A DNA stretch of 60,099 nt, filler included, from Basidiobolus meristosporus CBS 931.73 (lineage: Eukaryota > Fungi > Basidiobolomycota): the NCBI GenBank assembly GCA_002104905.1. It is 3 parts of 3 records of this genome, joined end to end, with 100 filler letters (N's around TTAATTAATTAA, not from the genome) between each part and the next. Parts side by side here need not be neighbours in the genome. Positions count along the whole stretch, not along the records: positions 1 to 24,930 come from MCFE01000937.1; 2 more parts are not named here. One strand, 5' to 3'. Positions 1 through 11,722 of this stretch are shown here, one piece after another. A program made the position numbers and the translations under genes. Below the pieces are notes generated by a model. That model ran no database searches, was not told the origin of the DNA, and was given only the letters and a program-made list of their open reading frames with translations. The stretch's first letter is position 1, and every line of letters starts with the position of its first letter.

Positions 1-2140
1 ATCTTGATAACATGATTTTCATGGAGTCTATAGCTGCTCCTGTACTGATCTCTATGTGTACCAGATATTCAACATGTCCCTTGAGGAATTCATACTTTGC
101 AGGCTTGCAATATGGTGAGTTCACTCATAGCTTCCTGAAGACATTTTGATTTTGCACTAAGGGGACATCTTCTGGCTTGCTCTATACTAATAAATCATAT
201 GAGTAGATTACCACAAGCCTGCCTCCGTACTCCTAAAAGACAGCTTGTATCAAGGTTATGATTGTTACAGGGGCACTGGTGAGGCCAAGATGATCCACTC
301 TTCTACTTCTCCAGTACAATGATGCTCCCAATGAGACTAGCTTGGCCTTATGTATCCTGCTCCAATAGTTTGCCAATTTGTCTTGGTAAAATATTTGACT
401 ATTTGGTATCATTCAGCAGCCAAAAGTCTACTTAACAATTCTACGGTATTAATGCTGGTGTAGATGATGAAGAAAAGATGCTCCATCTACTTTGCAGCCT
501 ACCAGATGAGTGTGAGCCACTCATACTTTCTTTTGAAAGCAGAGAAGATAATTTGACTTTGGACTATGTCAAAGGATGACTTCTTCATGAAGAACTCAGA
601 TGTAATGCTCAAGCAGAGAAAATTGAAGACAATGCTTTATTCAGCTCAGAGTGGCACACAGAAAAGAAGGGGAAGCAACAAAACCAAAGAAAACCTGGTT
701 GCTGTAGCTACTGTAAGAAACCAAGACACTGGGCATCAGAATGCAAGAAGAAACAAGCAGACAAAAGCCAGAAATTGGAGCAGGCAAACCATATAACTAC
801 TGAAGAACAGTTATTTGTAACTGTACAAGAAAGTGCAAGTAACCAAAATATTGAATGGAATATTGACTCTGGAGCATTGCAGCATACTTATGGTATAAAG
901 GAGTGGTCTGCAACTTAAAGACTATTCCCATAAGAATGGCTTATCTGGGAGGAAACTCTGCACTGGAAGCTACCACCAGTGGCTCTATACTACTAAGTAT
1001 GAGTGATATCTCAGGGGCTACAGCAGCAGAACTGACTGACATACTCTACATCCCTGGAATAGTCAAGAACCTACCCTCAGTCAGTAAAGCAACTGCTCAG
1101 GGACTGAAACTTGTTTTTACTAAGCTGAGCTGCTCAATATTCAGTGAAAATGGACAAAAATTAGCTTTGAGTGTCAAATATCACAATATATACAACTTAC
1201 AATGCAAGACCATTGTACCTGAGTATGTAAACACTGCCAAAGCTGATGAGACTAAAATGGATACGTTGCAAAGGAGGCCAGGGCACAGTTGGGAATAGAA
1301 AATGCAATAATTAGTGAAAGTCAGCTTGCTTTAGGTCTAAATTACTCAATTCCAATCAAACTCAGGGTCTGTAAGGTATGTTCATATGACAAACAAGCTA
1401 GGCAACATTTCAGGAGCTCAGGAGGCATCAATACTACTAAGTTACTGGCTATTATAAGCTCAGACTTATGTGGGCCCATGAGAACACTGACCTTTTGAGC
1501 ATAGAAATACTTTATGATGCTTATTGATCATAAGAGAAGATGTACATGGGTGTACTTCCTCCAAACAAAGGATCAGGCTTTAGGGATGTTTTAACAACTC
1601 AAGAACATGACAGAAACACAAACAGGGTGCAAATCAAAGGTACTGTACAGTGATAATGGAGGGGAATACCACTAAAAGGAGTTTGCAAATACTGCTCATC
1701 TACTGGTAAACCTCAGCAGATCACTATTCAGCATACTCCACAGCAAAATGGAGTAGGAGAATGTGCTAATGGAACAATGGTAGTGATGGGAAGATCTATG
1801 CTGCATAATAAGGGAATGGCCTACATGTTTTGGGCTGAATCTGTTGCTACTGCAGTATACATCAGAAATAGATTCCAAGCAGCAGCACTACTTGATTCTA
1901 CACCCTTTGATGCATATACAGGCAAAAAACCTGACCTCCAGCACCTCAGAATCTTTGGCAGTGGTGTATTTTATCACATCCTTGACAAAAAATGCTCAAA
2001 GCTGGAACCACAAAGTAGAACAGGGATCTTGCTTGGGTGCTGTGATGATACCAAAGGGTATGGAGTGTATGATGGCAAAATTCAAAGCTATGTCCCACTT
2101 GTAGGTATTGTGTTTTGTGAGGATATCAATTAAAGGGGCT
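1..2140 (+). mobile_element. Degenerate Ty1/copia LTR retrotransposon (gag-protease-integrase part; many stops and frameshifts)
   Basis: Protease-like motif WNIDSGA near 855, integrase motif SDLCGPM near 1460, and FWAESVATAVYIRNR...HLRIFG in ORF 1777-2133. Cut off by a gypsy fragment at about 2150. Confidence 0.85.
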
Positions 2141-2159
2141 GCAATACTTGCAAAGGACT

Positions 2160-4690
2160 TGACAAATCTTCAATAATAGGAAACCGTTTCAATAAATGAT
2201 CTGAGCTCCAATATGCTGTGGGGTTGTTTCAGATTCATAATAACTTTGACCTTCTTAAGGTCTAAGTTTACTTCTGTGCTAGTCACAATGTGTCCCAGAT
2301 ACTCAATATGTTCCTTGAAGAACTCACACTTGGGTAGCTTGCCATAACGCCTGTTCTCTCTTAGCTTTGTCAAGACCTTTTCAATGTGCACCAAGTGATC
2401 CTCTTCTGTCTTGCAATATTTTGATAAATCATCTAGGTAGATTATCATAAAGTTGTCTAAGTACTCCTGGAAGACAGTCTGCATCAGGGTCATGAATGTT
2501 GCATGGGCATTGGTGAGGCCAAAACTCATGACTAAGAACTTGTAATGTCCATATCTGGTCCTGAATGCTGTCTTAGGGATGTCTTCTGGCATCACCCTAA
2601 TTGGGTTGTATACTGACATGAGGTCAATCTTGCTGAAAATAGTGGCTTGATTGAGTTGGTCCAAAAGCTCATCAATCCAAGGTATGGGGTACTTATTCCT
2701 CACAGTAATTGAGTTGAGGGCTCTGTAATCAATGTATATCCTAAGTGCTCCATCCTTCTTCTTCACAAAAAGTAATGGTGCTCCCCAAGGTGACTTGCTG
2801 GGTCTGATATCGCCTTGCTCCATTAACTGATCTATTTGTCTTTTTGTCTCTTCCAACTTCAATGGACTCAATCTGTCAGGTGTCTTACTCACTGGAGGGC
2901 TATCTCCTGTTTTAATGACATGATTCACGTCTCTGACAGGTGGTAGGCTTACAAGCTCATCTGGAAATACATCTGAATATTCCTTCAAAAGAGTCTGGAC
3001 CTTCTGGGGTATGGGAGTAGAGGAATCCTCCTTTAATACTGTCATGAGGAACATCTGTGTGCCTTTTCTTAGTGCTCTACAGAACTGTATCTTGCTAAGT
3101 TCACTTGTTTTGCACATACTGGAATTGACCAAGTTAAAATACAGTCTGTCAGGTAATAGCTCATAGGTCTTGTTGTCCTTGTAGATATGAGTAGCATGGG
3201 TTCTCCAGTTGATTGATGGATTACAACAAAATAGCCATGTTTTCCCAAGTAGAAGGTCAAACTTGCAGTTCCCAAATATATAGACCTGTAGATCTTCTTC
3301 ATAGTCATTGATCTTCATCTTTACAGGCTGAGCAATACGGTTGATTATGTGAGAGCTCCCATCAGCTGTTGAGACTGAAGCTGATTTGGTGGGTTCCAAG
3401 TTGATTCCAGTTCCCTATGAAAAATTCCAAACTTGGAATTCATCTGATTTTTAGCTGGTATTCTGCTGGTATTCTGATGGTATTTTGCTGGTATTCAGCT
3501 GGTGTTTTGGGTTCAAAATTTCAAATGCAATTTTTGGTGGAAGTAATGGGCAGCAAAATACCAAATTTGGTATGGATGCTAGCTTGCCTAGTCTCCTCCT
3601 GGAGAACTTGTTTGCTTGCCTTCCCATCAGCTTAGAACCGAGATATTGAGAATTGTCAATTTTGAGGAACTTGAAATTCAGCTGATACTATGATGGTATT
3701 TTGCTGGCCTTTTCTCAATTATTTTCTTGGGGAGTTTTCAAAGCAAATTGCTCTGACATGTACTAATGCAATGCTCCTGGCTCAATCATGATCTTGGCAG
3801 GCACTCCATTGATTACTCCATTCAAGTATAATAGCTTTCCTGAGTTTGCGGTCATCTGGGATAGGTATTCTTCTGTCATATGGAAGGTGAGTTTTGAGTC
3901 TTCTTTAAGCTCATCCGCCATGTTACTATTCTCAAGGGCCTTGATATGATTAAAAGTTCTTGATTGCTGGTGTCCATTTCTTCTCTGAGGGCAGTACTTT
4001 GCAATATATCCCTGCTGGTGGCAATTGAAACAAAGTGCTTTCTTCTTACATTCTTCTGAGGTAGGATTCTTCTGCATAGTGCCTATATCCATTGGCACTG
4101 TTTCTGATTATCTTCTTTCATAGTGATTGTAGCCTCTCTGGCTAGTCATTGTGGGCTTCCCAACTCCAAACATTGCTGAGTCATGGTCAATGGCAGTCTT
4201 GATGACTTCTTTGATAGTGTGAGGTCTTCAATAATTAACTTCCTTACAAGTTCTTTCTTTCAACCAATCAATAAGCTATTGAACTTCATCCAGAGGGTCC
4301 ATTTTTGCAATTTGTCCATGTAGACATCTATATTCATAGATGTACTCATGGACCATTCCCTTCTGTCTGAGTTTCTTCAACTTTCTTCTTAGTAATGTCT
4401 GTTTGTGTGAGGGCTCAAAAGCATCCTGAATTTCCAATACAATCTCATCCTAGGTAGAGATTGTAGAGCATCCCATCATGGTGGCTAACCAGATCTTGTT
4501 GTGGTACCACTGTAAAGCTGCATCTGCCAGGTAAGAGGCTGCATAATGTAACTTGCTTTCATGAGCAATTCCCTTAGCTTTGAAAGCTTCTTGAATCTGG
4601 AAGAGCCAAGTCCCAAGGTTTGCAATGACTCAATCCATGATACTGGTTAACTTTCACACAACTATTGCAACTTACCAGTCTATTCAGAAG
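2160..4690 (-). mobile_element. Degenerate Ty3/gypsy element (gag with zinc knuckle, protease, RT)
   Basis: ORF 2170-3399 has PSKSPWGAPLLFVKKKDG, IDYRALN and YLDD. ORF 3763-4098 has a CFNCHQQGYIAKYC knuckle and a decayed protease motif (MIEPGA). Confidence 0.9.
3413..3732. mobile_element. MITE-like non-autonomous DNA element inserted in the gypsy protease
   Basis: Imperfect TIR CCCTATGAAAA / TTTTCTTGGGG, flanking AGTT duplication and internal (T/G)GCTGGTATT repeats. Removing it plus one AGTT restores the frame MSEQFALKTGINLEPTKSASVSTADG. Confidence 0.75.
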
Positions 4691-4779
4691 ACAGATCAAG
4701 AACTACACTCAAATTGCTAAGCCACTAACTCAGCTATTACTGAAAAGCCAGGAATATGAATGTCATGAAGAACAGGCAA

Positions 4780-5050
4780 ATGCTCTGTTGATATTTCTAG
4801 AGTCATAATCAAAGCTACTTGCATTAGCAGCTGTAGAATACAGTGTTATTGACTCACAAACAAACATTGTATCAGTTAATAGCTCTGAAATTGGGGTTGT
4901 CAGGATCATGATTCAAGTTTCAAAAGATCATCATTGACAACCTTATAAGTATCTTGATAGACTACTCAATGGAAATGAGCTTAACTCTCCATCTATCAAG
5001 AAAGAAGCACGGGGAGTACTGTATGTACATAAAAAGCTAAAGCCATACTT
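4780..5050 (+). mobile_element. Probable gypsy RNase H remnant
   Basis: Hand translation ...VNSSEIGVVRIMIQ...LLNGNELNSPSIKKEARGVLYVHKKLKPYL resembles a decayed gypsy RNase H (TDAS..GIGAVL.Q ... E.NY...EKE). Confidence 0.5.
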
Positions 5051-5057
5051 AATAGTA

Positions 5058-5990
5058 TTGTAAAAATTTGTAATTCCACCTAAATATTCATCTGACCAAG
5101 TCTCTTATATCATTACTTTCAAATCTCAGAGAATACTGACCTAAATCCTTGTTGGAATTTACTTAGAATATTCTCACCAAAATATCAGGTGCCCAGAATA
5201 TGAAAATTCTAAGCTGTCAGCCAGCATAATTAAAACTATAGATCTTATCATGTTGCAGCTGTTAAGCGGACCTTTAGATATCTGAAAGGAACTGCTGATA
5301 TCTGCTTAAGATTCACTTATAAGGATTCAGAACAGGATTTTGTGGGATACTCTGATGCTGATTGGGGACAAAATTTGGAAGACAGAAGATCAAGCACAGG
5401 ATGCACCTTTCTTTACTGTAAAGGAGCAATTTCATGGAATTCCAGAAAGCAACCAACTGTAGCACTTTCTACCACCAAGGCAGAGTATTTGGCAGCCTGT
5501 GAAGCTATAAAAGAAGTTATGTGGTTAAGAAAGCTTTTTTTAGACTTTGGCCTATATTGAAAACTGCCTAATACTTTATTTCAAGATAATCAAGGATGTA
5601 TACAATTAGGCAGCAATCCAACTTCTCATGCTAGAAGTAAGCACATAGATATTAGATGCAATTTCATATGTGAAGCTATAGGGAATGACTTAGTTAGCTT
5701 AGATAACTGTCCCTCAGATGAAATGATTGCAGACATAATTACCAAACCATTAGCTAGAGACAAGTTTGAATATCTTAGGTTGGAATTAGGACTAGTCAGT
5801 GTGAACCTTTAGCTGAGTGAGAGTTGAGGAAATTTATAGTTCCACCTAAATATCAACCTAGCTTAGTCACTTAGCTCATTACCTTCAAATATTAGAGAAT
5901 ACTGACCAAATTCCTTGTTGGGATTTACTTAGAACATTTTCACCATAGTAGAGGTACCCTGAACATGAAAATTTTCAAAGTAGTCCAGGC
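5058..5990 (+). mobile_element. Copia RNase H and LTR remnants (same family as 50329-55015)
   Basis: GYSDADWGQNLEDRRSSTG...ISWNSRKQPTVALST in ORF 5342-5560. LTR-derived sequence at about 5058-5200 and 5820-6020. Confidence 0.8.
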
Positions 5991-6599
5991 AGCCCCAAAC
6001 TTTGCACACATGCTCTTGGGACCTTCCTTATCCTACAATATCCAGCTTTGAGGAACAAATGCTCAAGACCCTGAGAAGCAATCCACCCTTGAATATTATG
6101 ATGTGTAGAGCACACAGTAGCCAACACATGTTTCAAATGACAGCTCATTTGAAGCAATATTTAAGGAGTTATGATCAAAAAACTAAGCCCTTTAAGGCAC
6201 CCCTTTAGTGTAAAGTCCATTTTAGTGACTACTGTGAGAAGCTCCTTGACTCTAAAGACCCCTTTAGTGACTCCTACACTGCACCCCTTTAGGTTAATGG
6301 GTAGCCCAGAGTTTCCATAATGAGAAGTATACTCTTAGAAAGGAGAGTGACTTTGAAATAAGCAAAAGCTACTATAAACATGAATTAACCCAATAGTCAG
6401 CAGAAGGTTAGAACACTACTGTTGATGTGAAAAAAACTGCCTATAGTATGCTTTGAGCCTAAGAGTGAGGATACTAATGAAAGTTACATCTTCTATTGTA
6501 TATCAAACTCCCAAGAAACTATTTCAGTGTTAGCATGCTGGAAGTTGTTGTATATTGTTGATCATTCTCTAAATTATGGAACAAGCCCCAAACTAATCA

Positions 6600-9521
6600 T
6601 AAAACAACACAACACAGGGTCTATAACTTGACACTGCTGGCATTATGATGGAATTGTTGCAAGATCCTGATGGCTGACCATATGAAGAATAATTTACTGC
6701 AAAATAAAGTTATAAGACTTGACAGTGTTTGATTGGTGCTGTGTTGATAATTGTGTGGCACTGTTGCCATCTTAAAGTGCTCTACAACTATTTCAAATGG
6801 ATCTAACTGGCCAGTACATCCAATTGTCTTATAAGGCAGCAAACTTGACGGCACTTTGATGGCCTCATTGCAAGTCTGTGATTGGAATTATCATGGCCAT
6901 ATGGTGGCCTACAGCTAGTTCTGTTTAATTCTACCATACCAACTTACCAAATAGTATTTCCTTTTTCTACCTCCCCTTGTGCAACTCATATATTTCACTG
7001 TAGAATCACCCTCTTTATTTGCTTACCCACTACTACCTTTGGTATTCCAAATATAGGTTGAATCAAAGAAAACCATGGCCTCCTGCTTACTAATGTTTAT
7101 AAATGTGTACACCTGCCACAGTTGATACACTTCTATCACTTCAACTTTACAGCTTTTTAGTGTGATACTTGCAAGCTTGCCATATACCTTGTTCTGCTGG
7201 TAAAATATACCTTTTACAAACCTATACTTGGTAGCTGCTACTTCTGCCTTGAACACCTCATTATTGTTGGCAAAGAACTTTTTGGTATTTAGCTTATATA
7301 TTTCTTCTGCCTGCTGGATTCTAGTCCCCCTTATAGGTGCACTCAGACTCTTGTTTGTGTGAGTTCCATGTTGAATGATGTAGATGTTGGCTTATGACAA
7401 AGAGAAATCTGGCATACCTTGGTAGAGTTTTCCTATTAAAAAATATTGGCTTGTTGCACTCAGCCCAACTTTGCATCACTTAACTGATTACCCCTTTATT
7501 GGGGCTGCATAGCTTCTTAATGCCATAGGCATTGGTGTAGCCATGTGCACATCTGTCCTCATTATTTTCCAACTCTCCCTGGCTGTGCTCCATATGCCAA
7601 CTCACTACATCCATGGCAGACTTGAAGGTAACACATTAGATGGGATTGGAATATGGTAGTACCTGCAACTTGACTTGTCTTCCTATCTCCCCATGCATCC
7701 ACTTCAAAAAAAGCTCCCACTAGGTGAAGCAAGGCCCAAAACTCTCAACACACTGTGCAAGATGGAGTAGAGAATGGATACAGTGGTGGCAGAGATCAAC
7801 ACATTCAGCTTTATGCTTGTAGTATAGCCATTCAAATCTTGTTACAACTCCTTGCAGGAGGGCTGCAGATGTGTCAAGTTGGCATTGGTGATCTGCTTCT
7901 GGATAACTATTCCTACAATGTCACATATTACTCCCAATGCTTCCAATGTATGCTTGGTAGGAATGTCTGCAGAACACCACTTGAATAAATACATATCTAA
8001 TTCATCCAGTCTTTGCATTTGTATTGTTGCATATGCATATGAGCAATGATTGGAGCCTGTGATAAGTACTTAGGGTAGGGATACTATTTCATATCTTGCC
8101 AGTTTTTTCAGATTTTTCTGGTATCTTGAAGGGCTCATTTAGCTTGAAATGCCCCATGTACAACTTGGTCATTAATACAGGGATTTTGTTTAAAAGCAAA
8201 TGCATTGCTCCCAGAGGAAAGCTTTTTGCTCCAATATATATGCTCTATCTATAGTATCTCTGGTTTCCAATTGATTGCAGATCCTGGCCAATGGCTTATA
8301 CCTTGCCAACTTTGCTGCAGTTGCATGCTGATTTCTGTATATTCTTTCTGTGAGAAGATGATGTTCTTAGTGTTGTGTATTGGTAATAGTAATGAGTGTG
8401 AGCTAGGGAGTAAATCCCCTGGATCTTACACATTTGACGGCAATACCACACATTGTGCCTAGAAAAGCCAGCTATTGTGCTGATGGCTAGGGTATCACCA
8501 ATGCAGATAATGATATGTGCTTTACATGATGGCCATTTACTGTTATCCTGCTGGAAAGCATACAAAACTCATCCAGCAATGCACACAGGTAACTATCCAG
8601 GTTGGAAGGTGATTTAGGCCCATATACTAGTGAGACTACAATCAGATTTTTGCTCTGCTACTGTATGATATGTGGCAGATTCAGGTTGATAAGAATCAGC
8701 AACCAGCAGGATTTGGTGGTAGAGTACTTGTTCAATAAGAATTCATCAAGTGCTAAAGCAAAGGCATGGTCATGTATACCTTCAAAGTAGCCCTTGCTTC
8801 ATGGCTGTTTGTATGTTTTCCATCAAGTATATAGGATACATTAGCACTTGATTTATGCTGACTGCGGTACTTTATAGCTTTCCAACATTGATCAGGCTGC
8901 ATGAGCTTCTTCAGATTGGGTATTACCAGAATATATCTGGAGTGGGAGCAATGTTCTCCCTCAATGGTGGTGGATACCTGTTAATCTGAACATGTTGCAA
9001 TGGTGGCATTTTTCAATGTCAATGTCATGCAACTGTTAGCACATGCTGGTATCAGGACAGTCTCTGGGTCATATGTGGCCAGTCACATGACTGCTGTCCA
9101 CTTGTACTATGTACATGGTAAGTTGCATACCAGAATGATTTTGGCAAGAAGTAGTTATAAATCCTCAAAGCCCCCATTACTGATATTTGTGAAAATGTGC
9201 CACTTCTCTAGCCACAACATTACATCACTCACCAATGGATGGATTACTGGGCTCACTTGGTTCCATAAAGTATCCTTGGCAATTGTTTCAGTGGGTTTTG
9301 TCTCATTTCATGTTGGGACTTGACCAGGCTCATGCATGGTACTATTGATAGGGTGGATAGGCTCAAAATCCATCAATGAACCTTCTTTGTCAGAGTTTTC
9401 ACTCTGCATGCCATATTGAGAAGGCTGAGGTGAGCCTCAAGGCATCACAAACTCACCTGACTCAGTTTGTGCAAGGTGAGAAAGACAGCCAGATGCCAAT
9501 ATAGAAGTATCAACTGGCTGG
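6600..9521 (-). mobile_element. Degenerate EnSpm/CMC-like (Transposase_21-type) DNA transposon, copy 1
   Basis: CIGDTLAISTIAGFS...CRQMCKIQG motif in ORF 8296-8565. Colinear with 11850-14700. Interrupted on the right by LTR-B. Confidence 0.7.
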
Positions 9522-10034
9522 TGTTGTATCCAAGAGAAAAGTATAAAAAAGCTCTTGAATGGTTTAACTGAGCCTAAGCAACAACTAAGTGCAGAGTCTT
9601 AGAATTGTCAGAGAGTGGCTAAAATACTGGCAAAGAGATTCTGGTCTAATATTGGTATTGTATATAGCTGGGTTTGGCAATAAAGGCAACAGGGTTGGTT
9701 TGCTATGCAGGCTAGGCTTTGTGTTCTTGGGAGTACTAGATATGCTAGGCTTGGGTAGAATCTTATAATGTGATTGTCGAGTTCTTAGTTTTGCTGAGAT
9801 ACTCACTAAGCCAAAAAGTACAGCAAATTTCATCATACTTCTCTGATCAAGTTGATTCAGTAAGCACCAAGAGTCTTGACTTATTGAAATCTGTTGGGGT
9901 GTTCATAGGTGAATAATATAAATGAGAAATTGCATCATTAATCAGCTGATGTTTTGGCAATTGCTAAGTGATTGGAAAGATCTCAGATGACTAATCACTT
10001 GGAAAGTCTTAGCATATCTGTTGAGGAAGTAACA
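9522..10034. repeat. LTR-B (about 510 bp, TG...CA), probably the 3' LTR of the adjacent chromovirus
   Basis: Starts TGTTGTATCCAAG and ends GTAACA. The same sequence recurs at 39126 and 48176, each time interrupting another element. Confidence 0.65.
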
Positions 10035-10199
10035 ATCACATGAAAATTGATCATTTATAACAGCTAAAAATAGATTCTAATTAGTGATAAAATAAACCAT
10101 AACTGGGATCAGTTATGTTTGGGTTGGGGAAAGTCAGTTTGGGTACTAGATTTCCTCATGCAGCAAGATAGGCCAAGTTTTAAATGTTGATGCACAACA

Positions 10200-11722
10200 T
10201 CACTTCCTCCCAGGAGAGGAGTTTTCTGATACCTTCTGGGTTCCCCTACAGCTCCAAAACTCTTCAATGATGGAAACATCATCACAGTTGATGTAAGGCT
10301 CCCAGTTGTTGTGTTTGGCATCATAACCTTTCCACTTAACTCAATAAATGCAATTGGATTCTTCTCCTTCATGACCTACAATAGCTTCAACTTCATAGGA
10401 TTCAGAAGTAACCGGCTCCTTAGATATAAGCTTGAGTGAAGAAGGTGAAAGGCTTTTGGGTAGCAGGGCTCCAGTATTGTCCTGGAGTACATAAGATCCT
10501 CCAGTAGTATGCTCAACAGCTCTGAATGGGCCTTCATATTTAGGGTCAAGCTTAGATTGTTGGAATGGATCTAGTGTCATGATATATGGCCTATCTGGGA
10601 AGCTGCTGTTCCTGTGTCTTGAGGTGAATGCTAAAGTCATCTTTTGTGGTGAGGCTTTACTTCTGGCACTGATAAAAGGGTAGACAATGTTGGTAAGGTA
10701 CTCAAGTTGGCTCGTTAGCTTGTCTGATTTCAAACTTGCCAACTCTGTATTTTGGCAGTCTCCTAAGAGGTTGTATCTTCTTCCAAACATCAAAGGAAAT
10801 GACATTAATCCATGTAGAGCAACAATTATGGTGTTGATAGTGTACTGTACAGCAGGAATATACTTGTCCCAATTCTTCTTGATACCTTTGATAGATTTCC
10901 TGATGATGTTCATAGCAGTATAAACATGTCTTTCTAAAAGTTCATTAGCTTTAGGATGAAATGGAGTGATCACACAGTGAGCAATGGCACTATACTGGCA
11001 AAGGGCTGTGATTACATGATATACAAATTCTGTTCCATTATCCAATTGAATGACCTTAGGGAGTCCAAGAAGGCAGAAGAGCCTGAGTATAGATTGTGTA
11101 ATAGTGGTGGCATACTTGTCTGGGATAGCTTTGAGGAAGACAAAACATGTGCAGGCATCCACAATGACAAAGAGGTAGTGATTACCATCATTGCTAGTGG
11201 TAGAATGCTCAGCTAGATCAATTGCAAAATGATCCATAGGATGGCTTGCATGGATGGGATTTAAAGGGTGATATCTATTGCGGCTGATTTTGAAAAGTTG
11301 ACATTCTCTGCAAGACTTGACAAGTTCCAGGCAGTCAGCTTTTACATTTGGCCAGTGATATCCATCAGAGTGTAGCTTCTTCATAAGTGTGTTTGCTCCA
11401 GAGTGTCCAAGTAAATGGCTCCTCTGTATTGATATTTTTCTTTGATCTGCAGGTGGGACTTTCCAAGTTGCTGGATCTGCTAAGGAATTATTTGGGAAGT
11501 TGTAGTGAGTTTACTGATTAAGTCAGTTATCACATGTCCCTCCCAAGATGATGTTAGAAAAAGTCTTGACAGGTGGCCAGGCAGGATGTTGACAAATCCT
11601 GGGTGATGAACTCAAATGCTTGGTAATAAGCCTTGTTCCATGCTGAGGGAAGATCAGGACTATGGTGTAATGCATCCAAAGGAGCACTCAATGTGGAAAT
11701 GGGAGGAATGTGTTCCCTGAAA
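10200..11722 (-). mobile_element. Ty3/gypsy chromovirus fragment: RNase H end, integrase, chromodomain
   Basis: ORF 10341-11384 has HHCC/rve-type motifs (HPMDHFAIDL, IQLDNGTEF, YEGPF) and ends YEVEAIVGH. After an in-frame stop it continues VKWKGYDAKHNNWEP, a chromodomain signature. Confidence 0.85.
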
